Shown one piece after another: positions 30,701 through 41,055 of a stretch of DNA of 64,000 nt. Position 1 is the stretch's first letter. Every line of letters begins with the position of its first letter. The stretch spans positions 96,001-160,000 of the forward strand of contig JAZDQA010000001.1 of assembly GCA_043797085.1 (NCBI GenBank). The letters run 5' to 3'. Source of the stretch: Pseudomonadota bacterium (GTDB taxonomy: Bacteria; Campylobacterota; Campylobacteria; Campylobacterales; Sulfurimonadaceae). The notes under the pieces were generated by a model. It saw only the letters and a program-made list of their open reading frames with translations. It searched no databases and had not been told where the DNA came from. Made by a program: the position numbers and the translations under genes.

Positions 30701-33401
30701 CAATGCGTCGCGTTTTGATTATACGATGAGTAATCCGATGTATGTTTCTAATCCTAACGGCTCAGCATTAATCGATCGAGGTGTTCCTGCTGACAACTCT
30801 CCTGCAAGCTGTATCTATGATACGGCATCGGGAAATGAAATCGGTAATCAAGGATGTGTTGCATTTTTGGATAATAATCTATTAACAACGGATGATGATC
30901 AGCGCCGTGTTCGTAAAGGAATCGGTTCTTTGGGTAGTGAGCAATACATTTATAACAAATTCATTTTGAAGCCAAAAGCCATTAGCGGAGCAATCGGCGA
31001 TGTTAATGAATCGCTGGGATTGACGATAGATTATCAGATTACTGCGGGCGGTGTGACTATGCCCTATACCGATTATGTATTAGGGAGCTCAACCGTACCG
31101 ATTTGTACTCAAGTCTCTTCGTATAATCCAACATGGGGTTTGTTTAATATCGTACAACACGGATTGCAAACCAACAATCTAACAACACAAATTTCTCGTA
31201 AACCGTTTAATGTTGATGTTATTTTTGATAGTACTCCAAATACGGGGGATAACTATAGACCTGATAGTGTGGTCAATACAACCGTACAAGTAGAAATGAT
31301 CGATGTTGATTCATTTGGTGATATCAATGCATCGTGTGCCAATCCGGATGCAAACGTTTCCACCGCTATTTATGTTCCTGTTTCATTTGCAGGAGGAGCG
31401 GCGGCACCCAATTATCAAACTTTGGTTCCAACACAAGATATAAACTATCATAACTTTGCATTAAAAAACGGTGCATATCGTGTGTGGTATTTTACCGATA
31501 GTAGCGGCGTTTTGCGCACTTGGAGTCCAGTAGGACTATCCAATGCAAATAAATCGATGACGGGGATTAGCGGAGCATTGTTTGATAGTGCAAGTCATGG
31601 AGATTGTAATAGTTCTTGCGGAGTTAGTGGCGGAAGTGCTACCTCGCTAGGATGTTTTAATTGTATGAAAGAAAACTATGCAAAACCACTGTGTTCACGA
31701 GATAATTTCTCGGTACGACCGGAAGCTTTTGATATTAGGATTAAAGATTATAATACTGCCGGTACGGTTACGACTGACTTATCTCATGATGTGTACAAAT
31801 ATGCACCAAACACCACTCCAACAGCTCGGATGAGTTTAGCAGCAGGGTATGATTACAAATACGATATTAATGCTACAGGATATGAGAATAATGTGAGCGG
31901 TTTGATCGGAGTTCCTCGATATACTCGTTATTATAAAGATGCAAACAGTGATTTTAATGCTACGATGATCTGGGATTCGGCACTGACAAACGCCACGTGT
32001 AATGATATTTCATCGCGTAATCTTTCATTTTTTCTTTTAAATGGTTCTTTAGCCAATCAAATAAATCATCAAGATCAAGTAGGTGATTATCGTCTTAATA
32101 TGATTGATAAAAGCTGGACGGCAGTGGATCAAGTTAATCATAGTAATGCGAATGGATTTTTGGCTGGAACAGATTGTAATACAACTTCTAACAGCACATC
32201 AGGTTTTGGACTTTATGGATGTCAAATATCAAGTGCTCACATAAATACTCCATTGTTGTATAAAGATCAGAATTTGACTTTGAAGCCTGCTAAATTTGAT
32301 TTAGTTTATGCGTATGGTTTAGGTAAAGATGCGAATGCAACAAACACAGGAGCAGGAGGTCAAGGGTTTGTTTATATGAGTGATCTTAGTAATACTAATG
32401 ATATGAATATGTCAGTGCGGGCTACGGGTCAAATCAGAGCGTTAGGAAGCAATAACTCGACACTGAGTAACTTTGTCGGTGGATGTTTTGCCAAAGATCT
32501 CAATATCACTGCTGGACATGATGCAAATCTCACTTATGCGACACCGTTTGTAACCCGTATGATTAATTCAACGATTGCCAATGCACAAACGTTTGACTCT
32601 TTTGAGGTTAATCAAACCTCAAAGTGGATCGGTATAGTAGATGATAGCAATTTCACAAAAGCCGACAGTGGTGTACTTATAAATACTATACGATTTAATT
32701 TTGATCGAAATGAAACAATGCCGTATAATTCGCAGGTAGTCGCCTATTCGGATATTAACGTTACCTGTGCAATAAGCGCAGATTGTAATCAAAGTTCAGT
32801 GCGTAACAGTACCCCAGATACTGCCGTAGGAAGTAGTGCTATGAACTTTAATGTAACCCATGTTTATGGACGTGTGATTGCCAAAGATCAAAGGGTAATG
32901 GGATTAATAGCGTTTGAGGCACTTGCACGATATGAAGTATATAAAATCGACAACCTTTTTGGGACAGCATTGACAGTAGATCCCGACTATAGTGACTGGT
33001 ACATTAATAAGTTACACACTGAGGCAACGTATGGTGATGCTAGCGTAACGGTTATTGATCCTAGTACAAGTTCATCTTTACCTAATGGAACATCCACCTA
33101 TGCAGATGGAATTGAGACCTATAAGTTTAATCCATTTACGGTTCGCCAAGGATATAAAGCACATATTGATACTGAGGGGTGGTTGTGGAACAGCATCGCT
33201 GCAAATGTTTATAAAGATCCAGTCTATCCAGTTACAGCAGCTAATGATTGCGACAACCATCCGTGTTTTAATATTACATTTGGACGGATTATTGGAAATA
33301 CCGGAAGTGCGAAAACAGAATCGGAAAATGCTAAAGCCAATAAAAAATCGTCTTCTGTGGGATGGAGCACTACGAACGAATATGCTCCTGCAATACGATG
33401 A
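27798..33401 (+). CDS. Large secreted Ig-repeat adhesin, MshQ/PilY1-like pilus-tip protein
   Basis: AAGGAGG RBS; signal peptide; cadherin/Big_9-like repeat (AVNDTITV..GAFTYTP..DSFTY); two He_PIG-like repeats (LPAGL..ISGTPT); YAYLYWQG / GAWSLVVVY domain; C-terminal DNFSVRP and YGR motifs; followed by pilin-like genes. Confidence 0.75.
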   Translation: MKTLTLFSDTTLLSFRTTKRNPVLKFLLRLFAIFGVMMVFAVSGWGNDVCGSPRDSDTLSSSNLQYERYRNDNDWNVGANTSGTNDITSRNFYFSVASAGTVTIELYSIDNDQARFSYGDSTCPTASSGVKTKTVTFTGAEDFNIKVYYVAGAHGSIEYGVRVTFTPVVVATAVNDTITVVQNSTVSGNVLTNDTGPSISVTTWNNPSHGTLSAKNNATGAFTYTPTSGYSGLDSFTYEITDSGGHTSTATVNITVTAPLITDCPGTVITNLNGATATATDSASGTIISDTTYYYYFTPAVAGTLDVNSNMTGSDRNDLYVLDGCGGSTLDSRTNNSNNKSLTGISVSSNQTIVIQYVSNSGSDRAYSLDFTFTVVAPTPPTIAVPDQPATVSTAFSVDLDSYVTPTNGDPITAITLTGTLPAGLTYDTTTHIISGTPTATGTTAMSVTATDKDGTSNVDEFSIVVSVLSPPTGSVPDQYLNVSTAMTALDLDNYFTSNNGAITFPASIASLPAGLSYSSSTHAITGTPTTVTATTSYTIAVSNSQGSMSDTFTITVYPSYSNSNIRDFTLQRQDNIYGDMQIIGNSIMLDSSKNSGAGGCADNGTPNNNVNAMFADRDSDSGTFNSTSANLKLPKGVDSTRIQYAYLYWQGRTNGSSYTVNGKTMKLKTYGDTAYTTIDTNTSKFNWNGDGDYQGSADVTNQIKHSIDQVPLATISASGYDHPVWGADVYARLSSGDNDFGAWSLVVVYKDPDPVAKFRSVTLFDGYLEVFNSNKTVTLNGFLTPKTGLVDAKFLMFGGEGDISYSDGLTLTNSSGTAISLLNAPGTPSGTTSVWGSSEDINGVNVTNRNPNCQNTIGIDMRTFSVGTSSATPIIGNNQTSTAVSLKGTGDDQYFPGVFAFSTELYMPKLCYDYSLKQDGSFLSIDRSNPIAQINQAITSSPLELSVYLRNKEADITAQHISLKADLNASRFDYTMSNPMYVSNPNGSALIDRGVPADNSPASCIYDTASGNEIGNQGCVAFLDNNLLTTDDDQRRVRKGIGSLGSEQYIYNKFILKPKAISGAIGDVNESLGLTIDYQITAGGVTMPYTDYVLGSSTVPICTQVSSYNPTWGLFNIVQHGLQTNNLTTQISRKPFNVDVIFDSTPNTGDNYRPDSVVNTTVQVEMIDVDSFGDINASCANPDANVSTAIYVPVSFAGGAAAPNYQTLVPTQDINYHNFALKNGAYRVWYFTDSSGVLRTWSPVGLSNANKSMTGISGALFDSASHGDCNSSCGVSGGSATSLGCFNCMKENYAKPLCSRDNFSVRPEAFDIRIKDYNTAGTVTTDLSHDVYKYAPNTTPTARMSLAAGYDYKYDINATGYENNVSGLIGVPRYTRYYKDANSDFNATMIWDSALTNATCNDISSRNLSFFLLNGSLANQINHQDQVGDYRLNMIDKSWTAVDQVNHSNANGFLAGTDCNTTSNSTSGFGLYGCQISSAHINTPLLYKDQNLTLKPAKFDLVYAYGLGKDANATNTGAGGQGFVYMSDLSNTNDMNMSVRATGQIRALGSNNSTLSNFVGGCFAKDLNITAGHDANLTYATPFVTRMINSTIANAQTFDSFEVNQTSKWIGIVDDSNFTKADSGVLINTIRFNFDRNETMPYNSQVVAYSDINVTCAISADCNQSSVRNSTPDTAVGSSAMNFNVTHVYGRVIAKDQRVMGLIAFEALARYEVYKIDNLFGTALTVDPDYSDWYINKLHTEATYGDASVTVIDPSTSSSLPNGTSTYADGIETYKFNPFTVRQGYKAHIDTEGWLWNSIAANVYKDPVYPVTAANDCDNHPCFNITFGRIIGNTGSAKTESENAKANKKSSSVGWSTTNEYAPAIR
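27836..27863 (+). repeat. Family-3 palindrome unit inside coding sequence
   Basis: GTCATTCCGT-ACCACGAA-ACGGAATCCA; both 10-nt arms identical to the reverse complement of 21680-21707. Confidence 0.75.
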
Positions 33402-33415
33402 ATAGGGAGAGAAAA

Positions 33416-34105
33416 ATGCGTTCGGCGATGGCAATGATAGAGTTGATTTTTGCAATTGTTATTATTGCGATTAGTGTGATGACAATACCCTCGATGATGA
33501 ATATAGCAGATCAAGCAAGTAAAAGAATTGCGATCGATGATGATGTGATGGCACGTCTAAGTGGACAGATGATTGACAAATTTCAGGCACGATGGGGGGG
33601 AGAATATGTTGGAATAGATAATAATGAATCAACACCTGTATTTACTTCTGCTATTACGACGATGCCGGATTTGAATTGTTCTAGAATTGTAGGGACACAA
33701 GCTTTTCGTGCTAATCCTGATTCATCGGTTGAGTGTAATTTAACACAAATCCCACTTGCGATCCCGGCTACAACAGGTGCTGGTGCTGATGGTAATGTTT
33801 CCAAAGGTCTTGAGATGCTGAATTCAGGTACGGAGACACTCAGAGTAACATCATCGACGGGAGAAACATTTGACATTTATGCAACGTATAATGTACGATA
33901 TGTTCCATCTGTTTTAACAAGTCTAACGGGTAATACTGCTACAGCGACATGGCGTCTTGGCTCATCAGGAGCTATTGATCAAGATATAGATGGCTCACTA
34001 ACCGCCAAAACTCATCTCAAGCGAGTAGTAGTACGTTTTTGGAATAATAGCTTGGGTGTCGATACGACACTCACCTTCTTTAAATCAAATAAAGGTAGCA
34101 ACTAA
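33416..34105 (+). CDS. Minor pilin / pseudopilin-like protein (MshD-like position)
   Basis: Prepilin-like N-terminus MRSA|MAMIELIFAIVII with E5; alternative start 33398 overlapping the adhesin stop. Confidence 0.75.
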   Translation: MRSAMAMIELIFAIVIIAISVMTIPSMMNIADQASKRIAIDDDVMARLSGQMIDKFQARWGGEYVGIDNNESTPVFTSAITTMPDLNCSRIVGTQAFRANPDSSVECNLTQIPLAIPATTGAGADGNVSKGLEMLNSGTETLRVTSSTGETFDIYATYNVRYVPSVLTSLTGNTATATWRLGSSGAIDQDIDGSLTAKTHLKRVVVRFWNNSLGVDTTLTFFKSNKGSN

Positions 34106-35046
34106 TGTTAAAAGGTAAATTGCGCAGAGGATTTACGTTTATCGAGTTGCTTTTTGTGATTGTTATATTAGGAATTGTCGGAGGGATAGCCCTTGAGGCT
34201 ATTCGCCTCTATTATGAGGGGATTTATCGTACTCAAACGTACGCTCAACGCGTAAATGAAGCGGACCAAATACTGGATAAACTCACGAAGTATTTTGAGA
34301 ATGCTATTGAGTATTCTATTGTTAATTTAGATAAAGATAAAGTCGATACAGCTCTTGATGGCGGAGATTGTGCAGAACCTGGAGAAGAGGCAAATGAAGC
34401 TACTGCACATGATTATACCGTGGCTTTTTTAGGAGTAGATGTTGATAGTCTGCGTACTGGGAATATCCCAGGATGGAGTGAGCAACCTAAAATAGATTTT
34501 ACAGCGCTTATCTTAACCTCTAATGATGCTAACTTTACGTCAGCTGATAACGTGATTAAGGCGCTCTATCCTGCTTCTGATCTTGCAAATTCAGCAATTT
34601 ACAACCATCAGGGTATTGTTGGGTCGTGTAGCAATTTAAACTGGGATAAGGCAGGAGGATTACAGGGATATTATCCTATCACTGGGGTACCTTCTGTACA
34701 TACTTTGCCTTTGACAAATCCTGGAGGCGGTGATGATGATACTCAAAAATACCTTATTCGTACAGGATATGCTTTTCGAGTATTAAATACAGGTGATTTT
34801 ATGATGTATTCTAATTTTAGACCATGGAAAATGCCAGCTGAACCTTATAGTGGTGGTAAAAAAAGCATATTAGGTCAAAATGTTGCAAGTTTTTATGTTG
34901 ATTTTAACAATACCAACTCTTATGCTGATAGAGGAAGTATATGGCGTTTAAAAGTATGTATGCGAGGAGTAGATTCAAATCTCTCGACTAGTGACATTGC
35001 GGCATCAGCAATCTGCCGTGAAAGGAAAGTTCATGTACGCTACTAA
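34105..35046 (+). CDS. Minor pilin with N-methylation motif (MshO/PilW-like)
   Basis: RRG|FTFIELLFVIVILG canonical class III signal. Confidence 0.85.
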   Translation: MLKGKLRRGFTFIELLFVIVILGIVGGIALEAIRLYYEGIYRTQTYAQRVNEADQILDKLTKYFENAIEYSIVNLDKDKVDTALDGGDCAEPGEEANEATAHDYTVAFLGVDVDSLRTGNIPGWSEQPKIDFTALILTSNDANFTSADNVIKALYPASDLANSAIYNHQGIVGSCSNLNWDKAGGLQGYYPITGVPSVHTLPLTNPGGGDDDTQKYLIRTGYAFRVLNTGDFMMYSNFRPWKMPAEPYSGGKKSILGQNVASFYVDFNNTNSYADRGSIWRLKVCMRGVDSNLSTSDIAASAICRERKVHVRY

Positions 35047-35503
35047 GCACAGTGGTTTTGCCATGATATTAGCGATATTTATAGTTGTACTTATTGCGTT
35101 AGGTGGGGTAATACTACTTGGTAATACATCGATAGGGGCTAAGTCAATCGGGGATAATTATCTCAAGGCACAAGCTGAGTTATTGGCAATGAGTGCTACA
35201 GAGTTTGCAGTGATGCGAGCGCAAGATTTTGATACATTAGGTGCAAATTGTCTTAATCAGCTGAATATCACCGTACAAGATGCTACTGGATCGGCTATGT
35301 TTGATGCTAATGTTACTATAAGTTATTCTTTCAAGGGTGCAAAACCTGTAAATGGTCAATGTAATACACTGGATGAAAACGCAACTAAACCTGTTGGTGG
35401 TGGGGCTATGATGCTTATCGATACAGTAGTTACAACAACACCCGGCACAAACCTTTCTACAGAGCCGATACGAGTTTTTAAGCGGACTTGGCAGAAGCTG
35501 TAA
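35033..35503 (+). CDS. Minor pilin lacking E5 (MshP/PilX-like)
   Basis: HSG|FAMILAIFIVVLIALGG without Glu5; AQAELLAMSATE helix; start ATG 35033 after AAGGA. Confidence 0.75.
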   Translation: MYATKHSGFAMILAIFIVVLIALGGVILLGNTSIGAKSIGDNYLKAQAELLAMSATEFAVMRAQDFDTLGANCLNQLNITVQDATGSAMFDANVTISYSFKGAKPVNGQCNTLDENATKPVGGGAMMLIDTVVTTTPGTNLSTEPIRVFKRTWQKL

Positions 35504-35510
35504 GAGTAAG

Positions 35511-35636
35511 TATTCTCTCGTTCTCAGGTTGCACAGCTTGGGAAAGCATATCTAAGCCAGATAATACATGTTTTTTTGTGAACTTAGAGTGATATATACT
35601 CCCAAGCTGGAGCTTTGGAGCTAGGGGAAAAGAATA
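35511..35636. repeat. Degenerate inverted REP doublet (family 4, REPIN-like)
   Basis: CTCGTTCTCAGG..CAGCTTGGGA..spacer..TCCCAAGCTGGAGCTTTGGAGCTAG; CAGCTTGGGA/TCCCAAGCTG is a perfect inverted pair; lies between convergent genes. Confidence 0.55.
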
Positions 35637-35657
35637 GGAATGCCGTGCGAGAAGAAT

Positions 35658-36035
35658 TTATATCGTGAGTTGTGCTATTTTAGAAACAACATCTTTTTCG
35701 CGGATAGGTTTCATTAGAAAACCGTTTGCTCCGCAATCCAGTGCTTCCCCTTTTTTAGTCTCATCCGTTGTCAGAACAATCACCGGAAGTTGACGGAGTG
35801 AGTCATCTGCACGGATGACTTTGAGCATTTCAATTCCACCCATAACCGGCATGATAATATCGAGTAAAATGATGTCAATATCATCTTGTGATTTAAGAAT
35901 ACCGATAGCATCCGCACCATTTTTTGCTTCAATAACTTGCGCTACATTAGGCGATTTCATAAGCATTGATTTTAGCAATTTCAAGTTGATCATATCATCA
36001 TCCACCGCTAAAACTTTGAGTTTTTTTACATCCAT
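35658..36035 (-). CDS. Single-domain response regulator (CheY-like)
   Basis: VLAVDDD, ILLDIIMPVMGG, VLTT, FLMKP. Confidence 0.93.
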   Translation of the reverse strand: MDVKKLKVLAVDDDMINLKLLKSMLMKSPNVAQVIEAKNGADAIGILKSQDDIDIILLDIIMPVMGGIEMLKVIRADDSLRQLPVIVLTTDETKKGEALDCGANGFLMKPIREKDVVSKIAQLTI

Positions 36036-36050
36036 TTATAGGTTCCTGCT

Positions 36051-39000
36051 TTAGATAAATTTTTCAAACACAAGTCGTAACAAGTCTTTATTAACGATGT
36101 TTTTAATCATTTCATGGACATACAGTGCATCGTTCTTATCATTATCTGCCGATGGATCAACCAGCATAATCAAAGAAATGTCACTATTATTTTCATGGAT
36201 TATATCAGATAGTTCTTTTAGATTAAGACTTGCCAGCCCTTTATCAAACAATGCTACTTTATAATGCTTGTTTTTAAGATTTGAATAAAGCTCATCGACA
36301 TTGTTGGTGCTTACATAGGTATAACCTAGATCATCAAGTATATGGGTGAAAAGTTTCATTTCGAGAGAGTTTTGTTTGGCAATCAAAATATCAGCATCGT
36401 ATGCAGATCCGTGTATATCAGTGCTTTCGCTGGATACAGAAGATTCTGGAATACTTTCCTCTTCAAGAACTTCTTCGTTAGCAGGAAGTTCATCAAGTAC
36501 GATTTCATCACTCATGACTTGGGAATCGATAGATTCTTCATCGATATTTTCACTAATCTCTGATTCATCTTCTATAAGTAGAGGAGTTTCAATAAGCTCT
36601 TCATCTGCTAGCGGTTCTATATGAACTACTTCTTCTTCAATGGTATTTTCAATGTTTGTGTCACTATCATCATACCCGACAAGTTCATCAGCTGATTTAG
36701 GAATGATATTCAAATCAATGATCTTATGAGAAAGAAAATTATTGAGCAAAGAGATAATATCACTGCGAACCAGTGGCTTGGTTGTATATTCATCCATTCC
36801 TACTGACATAAAGCGTTCGCGGTCGCCTTTGAGTGCATTGGCTGTAAGTGCAATGATGGGAACATGGTGTTGATCATAATCCTCTTCGAAGTCCAAAATT
36901 TCTTGTGTTGCCTCCATACCATCAAGTACAGGCATTTGAATATCCATGAAAATGAGATCGAACTCTCCATTTTTACGTTTTTCAAATGCTTCTAAACCAT
37001 TGTTTGCAAGAGTTACAGTGAGTCCTAAGTCTTCAAGTGTACGTTTGATCAGTTTTTGATTAATAACATTGTCTTCCGCTACTAGTATATTGGCAGCAAA
37101 ACGTGAATTTTTCTCATCGAACTTTTTACGACGGGATGTTTTTTGTTTACGAGTATTGAATGCTTCTGCATCATATGATTCCAATACAGCTCGTATTTTT
37201 GAACTGTTTAATGGCTCATAAAGAACTTTAAATAAATCAAGACCCATGGAATCGATTTTTTTCATGTAATACGATTTGGTAATTAGAATGGTTTGCTCAT
37301 TGGCCGAAGCAAATGTGATGAGATCATCATCGTTAGTGAAATCGTTGTCTACAAAGAGAAGATCATAGTTTACTTGACGTTCTAATATTTTTAACTCTTC
37401 TATTTCAGTAAAGGTTGTATAGCTCACCCCAAGATAATCAAGATATTCTTTGAGGTACGTACTTTGTACTTTTTTCTTCGTTTTACTCTCATGTATTACG
37501 GCATTGATGTTTGAGAATGAACCTTTGACCGGTTCATTGAGTGTTTCGATCTCGTCAAAGGATAAGGTGAAGAAGAACGTTGTTCCCTCGCCAGGTTGAC
37601 TTTCAAGATCAAGTTTACCGCCCATAAGTTCAACGAAACGGCTTGAAATGGTTAGACCCAATCCAGTTCCGCCATATTTACGGGTAATGGAAGTGTCTGC
37701 TTGACCAAATGCTTCAAAAATACGTGATTTTTGTTCACTGGTAACACCGATACCGCTGTCTTTAACTTGGAAGCGAACGCGTGCACGATTGGGTTCATCA
37801 GATTCGATACGACGAACATCAACGTTGACACTCCCACCGCTGTTAGTAAATTTAACCGCATTACTAAGAAGATTGATAATAACTTCTTTAATTTTGGTCG
37901 GGTCTCCTTTGAGCGGACGCTCAAGACTTGGGTCGATGAAACAGCCAAGGTCAATGTGTTTTTCAGACGCACGAACTGCATAGACTTCAACAGCACTTTC
38001 AAACTCATCCATTGGATTAAAGGCAATGTCTTCGATTTCAAGTTTATTACTCTCAATTTTAGAGAGGTCAAGAATATTATTGATAATTTCAAGAAGATTT
38101 TCAGAACTTTTTTCGATGATATCAATAAATTCTCGTTGTTCATCATGAAGGTCAGTATCTTTTAACAATTCGGTGAAACCAACGATACCATTGAGAGGCG
38201 TACGGATTTCATGGGACATATTTGCCAAGAACATAGATTTCGCTTCACTGGCTTCTTGAGCAAATTGCTTATCACCAAGTGTCTGCTCAATGATACGTTC
38301 CAAGAGGGCATAGGCTTGGGCAGTACCCTCGGATGTGTCGAGATTGATTGATTTACTGAGGGCATCAGCCTCATTATCGTGTGTATCTTCGGCAACCCGC
38401 TTAAGAACGGACTCAAGATTTTTGATATTTTTTTCAATTTCATTAGAGAGGATGTACCCTAAAATACCTAGTAAAACGTTTACTAACCATATGGTAATCG
38501 TACTAATAAGCAGTTGGAGAGCTTGTGTTTTAATAACACTTGCTCGTTCGTCCATACTGTCAAGGAGAATTTTTTCAGTTTCACTGATAGCATTGATTTT
38601 TTCAGAAAGCATCGCAAACCAAATTCCGGATTGCGTTTCATACTGTGCATCATTTCCTGTACGCAAAATAATACCGCGTTCGGCTGTAATGTCTTGAAAT
38701 AGCTCCGTATTATCTTCAGTGAAGAGTGATGCGTTTAGTGAGTCTCTTAAGGGTTTGTTGACAATCGAATCAAAATTTAGAGCATCCGCTTTTGCAACAA
38801 AACTAAGCCATCGGTTGAGCTCATCATCCTCTAGTACGGTTCCGCGTGAAAGGATATAGGTAATGTAATCACGCTCTAAGCTGGTTTGCTCATTGGCACG
38901 CACAAGAGAAAGGTAGCTGTTTTCCATGGCAGAAACTTGATCGTCTAGCTGAAGTGCAGCAAGTGAGGAGAGTTCAGCAATTAATGCTGTCTGTGATTTT

Positions 39001-39410
39001 CCATAGACATCATCAAAAATTTCATTAAAGTCAGCCGTTTGGTTATCAACGGACGGTTTTGATTGACGTCGCGCTTTTTCCAATGCAGCGATCATTTCGG
39101 TGGTTTTTGCGGAGGTATAGCTCGTATCAAATGCTTTGAGTTTTTGATCAACGATAGCGCGTTGAGCTTTAAGAGAGTTAAGGGTAGTATCAGAGGCATT
39201 ACCCAAATACATTACCGTCATTCCTCGCTCACGAGAAATGTTATTGATTAGGTCATTGAGCTGTTTGTTCTCTTCAAGGCGTGATTGAAGTGTTTGGACC
39301 GATTGTAAGCTCATGTATGACGTATAAACATAATAGCTTGCGAGTGAAAACAAAATTAGAATCGGAAGGAGACTGATCAGTCGAAGTCGATTTTTAAGTC
39401 CTAAATGCAT
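36051..39410 (-). CDS. Hybrid sensor histidine kinase with NIT (nitrate/nitrite-sensing) domain and multiple receiver domains
   Basis: Two TM helices flanking a NIT-like domain ([11 protein letters not shown]); H-box [17 protein letters not shown] boxes; canonical REC ([11 protein letters not shown]) plus two degenerate RECs; acidic linker. Confidence 0.9.
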   Translation of the reverse strand: MHLGLKNRLRLISLLPILILFSLASYYVYTSYMSLQSVQTLQSRLEENKQLNDLINNISRERGMTVMYLGNASDTTLNSLKAQRAIVDQKLKAFDTSYTSAKTTEMIAALEKARRQSKPSVDNQTADFNEIFDDVYGKSQTALIAELSSLAALQLDDQVSAMENSYLSLVRANEQTSLERDYITYILSRGTVLEDDELNRWLSFVAKADALNFDSIVNKPLRDSLNASLFTEDNTELFQDITAERGIILRTGNDAQYETQSGIWFAMLSEKINAISETEKILLDSMDERASVIKTQALQLLISTITIWLVNVLLGILGYILSNEIEKNIKNLESVLKRVAEDTHDNEADALSKSINLDTSEGTAQAYALLERIIEQTLGDKQFAQEASEAKSMFLANMSHEIRTPLNGIVGFTELLKDTDLHDEQREFIDIIEKSSENLLEIINNILDLSKIESNKLEIEDIAFNPMDEFESAVEVYAVRASEKHIDLGCFIDPSLERPLKGDPTKIKEVIINLLSNAVKFTNSGGSVNVDVRRIESDEPNRARVRFQVKDSGIGVTSEQKSRIFEAFGQADTSITRKYGGTGLGLTISSRFVELMGGKLDLESQPGEGTTFFFTLSFDEIETLNEPVKGSFSNINAVIHESKTKKKVQSTYLKEYLDYLGVSYTTFTEIEELKILERQVNYDLLFVDNDFTNDDDLITFASANEQTILITKSYYMKKIDSMGLDLFKVLYEPLNSSKIRAVLESYDAEAFNTRKQKTSRRKKFDEKNSRFAANILVAEDNVINQKLIKRTLEDLGLTVTLANNGLEAFEKRKNGEFDLIFMDIQMPVLDGMEATQEILDFEEDYDQHHVPIIALTANALKGDRERFMSVGMDEYTTKPLVRSDIISLLNNFLSHKIIDLNIIPKSADELVGYDDSDTNIENTIEEEVVHIEPLADEELIETPLLIEDESEISENIDEESIDSQVMSDEIVLDELPANEEVLEEESIPESSVSSESTDIHGSAYDADILIAKQNSLEMKLFTHILDDLGYTYVSTNNVDELYSNLKNKHYKVALFDKGLASLNLKELSDIIHENNSDISLIMLVDPSADNDKNDALYVHEMIKNIVNKDLLRLVFEKFI

Positions 39411-39421
39411 GGTTATTCCTC

Positions 39422-41044
39422 TTAAAGTTGATCAAGATAGTTGTTAAGCCGAGCCGAGGCTTTTTTGGCTTCTTGTGCGTCGTTTGTTTTTGACAAAATT
39501 GCGAGCTCTTCAGAAATTTCACTCATACGAAGATTATCACTAATTCCTTTGAGTTTAGCTGCACTATCTCTCCATGTATGGGTGTCAAAAGCAATAATTG
39601 CCTGTGTTATTTGATTACTGATGAGATTGGCATCGTTTTTATAATCAAAAATCAGCTCATCAAAAAAGCTTTTGTCCATATCTAATTCTCTCGCTGCACG
39701 TTGTGAATCGTAGTGAAACACTGGTAGTTTTACCGCAAGATTTTCATTGATTTCCTCTTTTTCTATTACTGCGTCTGTTTCATTTTCAGCGGTAATATCT
39801 TCGAGATCAAATAACTCTTTTTTGAAGACACTTTCTTTTGGGCGGAATGATGCGAGAAGTTCTTCGGGTGAAGTTATCTCTTCCTCGTGCACTATAAGCG
39901 GTTCATTGTCGTATTGTTTAAGTCCAAAGGAGTAAATGTCTTCAACTGTTTCATTTGCAACAGCAATAGGTTTTTTATCTGGAGGGATGATTGCTGTTGC
40001 GCTGCTTTGTACGGCAGCTTCTTCGTCCATTATATCTTCTTGAACACTCTCTTCTCCCGAAAGTTTTGAAATGATATTAAAGTAATATTTGAGATTTGCT
40101 TCGACTTCTTCAAGATCGGTTGAAGCATTGATGAAGGTCAGTGTCTCAAAAGCATCTTCAATCCTAAGATTGGCAGCTACCCCTTTTAGTTTATGGGATA
40201 AAATATGTAAATTATTAAAATCATTTTTCAAAGCTGCTTCAAAGAGGTCTTCTTTAAAGTCGAGTGACTGCTGAATAAAATCACCGATAAACTCTTCGAT
40301 AAGGTCAACCGGTAGTCCAAGTTCATTAGAAGCTACATGGGGATCATACGAATAGGTATTTTTTACTTTATGCTGAGAGAGAAATTCTTTTTCTTGAGTA
40401 CTGTATTGCGCGCTTCCAAGCATTGGACGAGCTTTTAGAGGAGTGGCTTCCATCACTGGTTCTTCAAGCACTTCTTTGAAATGAGATAGTTCAGTTTTTG
40501 CATTCAGCTCCGGATACAAATCATCAATTTCATCAAAAGAAGAATACTCTATATCGGGGATATCTAAGATGCCGGGTTCGCTAAGTTTTGTTGGGGCAAT
40601 GTGAGAATAATCAGGTAAAGGAGGGGGCTCTTTTATCTGAAAAGGGTCATTTTTAGGGGCATGAAACTCATCTTTATGAGTTTTTGGAGAAATAATATGG
40701 GGCTTAATATCTTCACCGCTAATGGCTTTAATCTGGGACATTTCAATGTTATAGCCGTTTTCGGAAGGGTTTTCACAAAGATACATCTTATTAACGGTAA
40801 GTTTGCAGCTAAATACCCGTCCATTGCCGTGAACAATAGCACTGGAGGCATCAGAGTCTGCATGGAGAAGAAAATTGATCCAACCAAAATTTTTAAAATT
40901 ATGGATGTATCCCGGTTCGTTTGCAAACAAATCAGCAACGTCCGAGCAAACATTTAGAAGTCCATCCAGTGATGAATAGTTAAGGAGGCGTAACCCCTCT
41001 TCATCAACACCGATGAACTCTTGTTTGTGATTGTATAGTAACAC
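39422..41044 (-). CDS. Hpt-domain phosphotransfer protein (PAS-like N-terminus, two Hpt-like domains)
   Basis: [14 protein letters not shown] and a second unit [16 protein letters not shown] start with AGGGAG RBS. Confidence 0.8.
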   Translation of the reverse strand: MLLYNHKQEFIGVDEEGLRLLNYSSLDGLLNVCSDVADLFANEPGYIHNFKNFGWINFLLHADSDASSAIVHGNGRVFSCKLTVNKMYLCENPSENGYNIEMSQIKAISGEDIKPHIISPKTHKDEFHAPKNDPFQIKEPPPLPDYSHIAPTKLSEPGILDIPDIEYSSFDEIDDLYPELNAKTELSHFKEVLEEPVMEATPLKARPMLGSAQYSTQEKEFLSQHKVKNTYSYDPHVASNELGLPVDLIEEFIGDFIQQSLDFKEDLFEAALKNDFNNLHILSHKLKGVAANLRIEDAFETLTFINASTDLEEVEANLKYYFNIISKLSGEESVQEDIMDEEAAVQSSATAIIPPDKKPIAVANETVEDIYSFGLKQYDNEPLIVHEEEITSPEELLASFRPKESVFKKELFDLEDITAENETDAVIEKEEINENLAVKLPVFHYDSQRAARELDMDKSFFDELIFDYKNDANLISNQITQAIIAFDTHTWRDSAAKLKGISDNLRMSEISEELAILSKTNDAQEAKKASARLNNYLDQL

Positions 41045-41055
41045 GTTTTCTCCCT

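Noticed and set aside
33594..33600. Poly-G phase-variation tract in the minor pilin gene
   Set aside because: Only G7, in frame (Trp-Gly-Gly); shorter than typical Campylobacter hypermutable tracts
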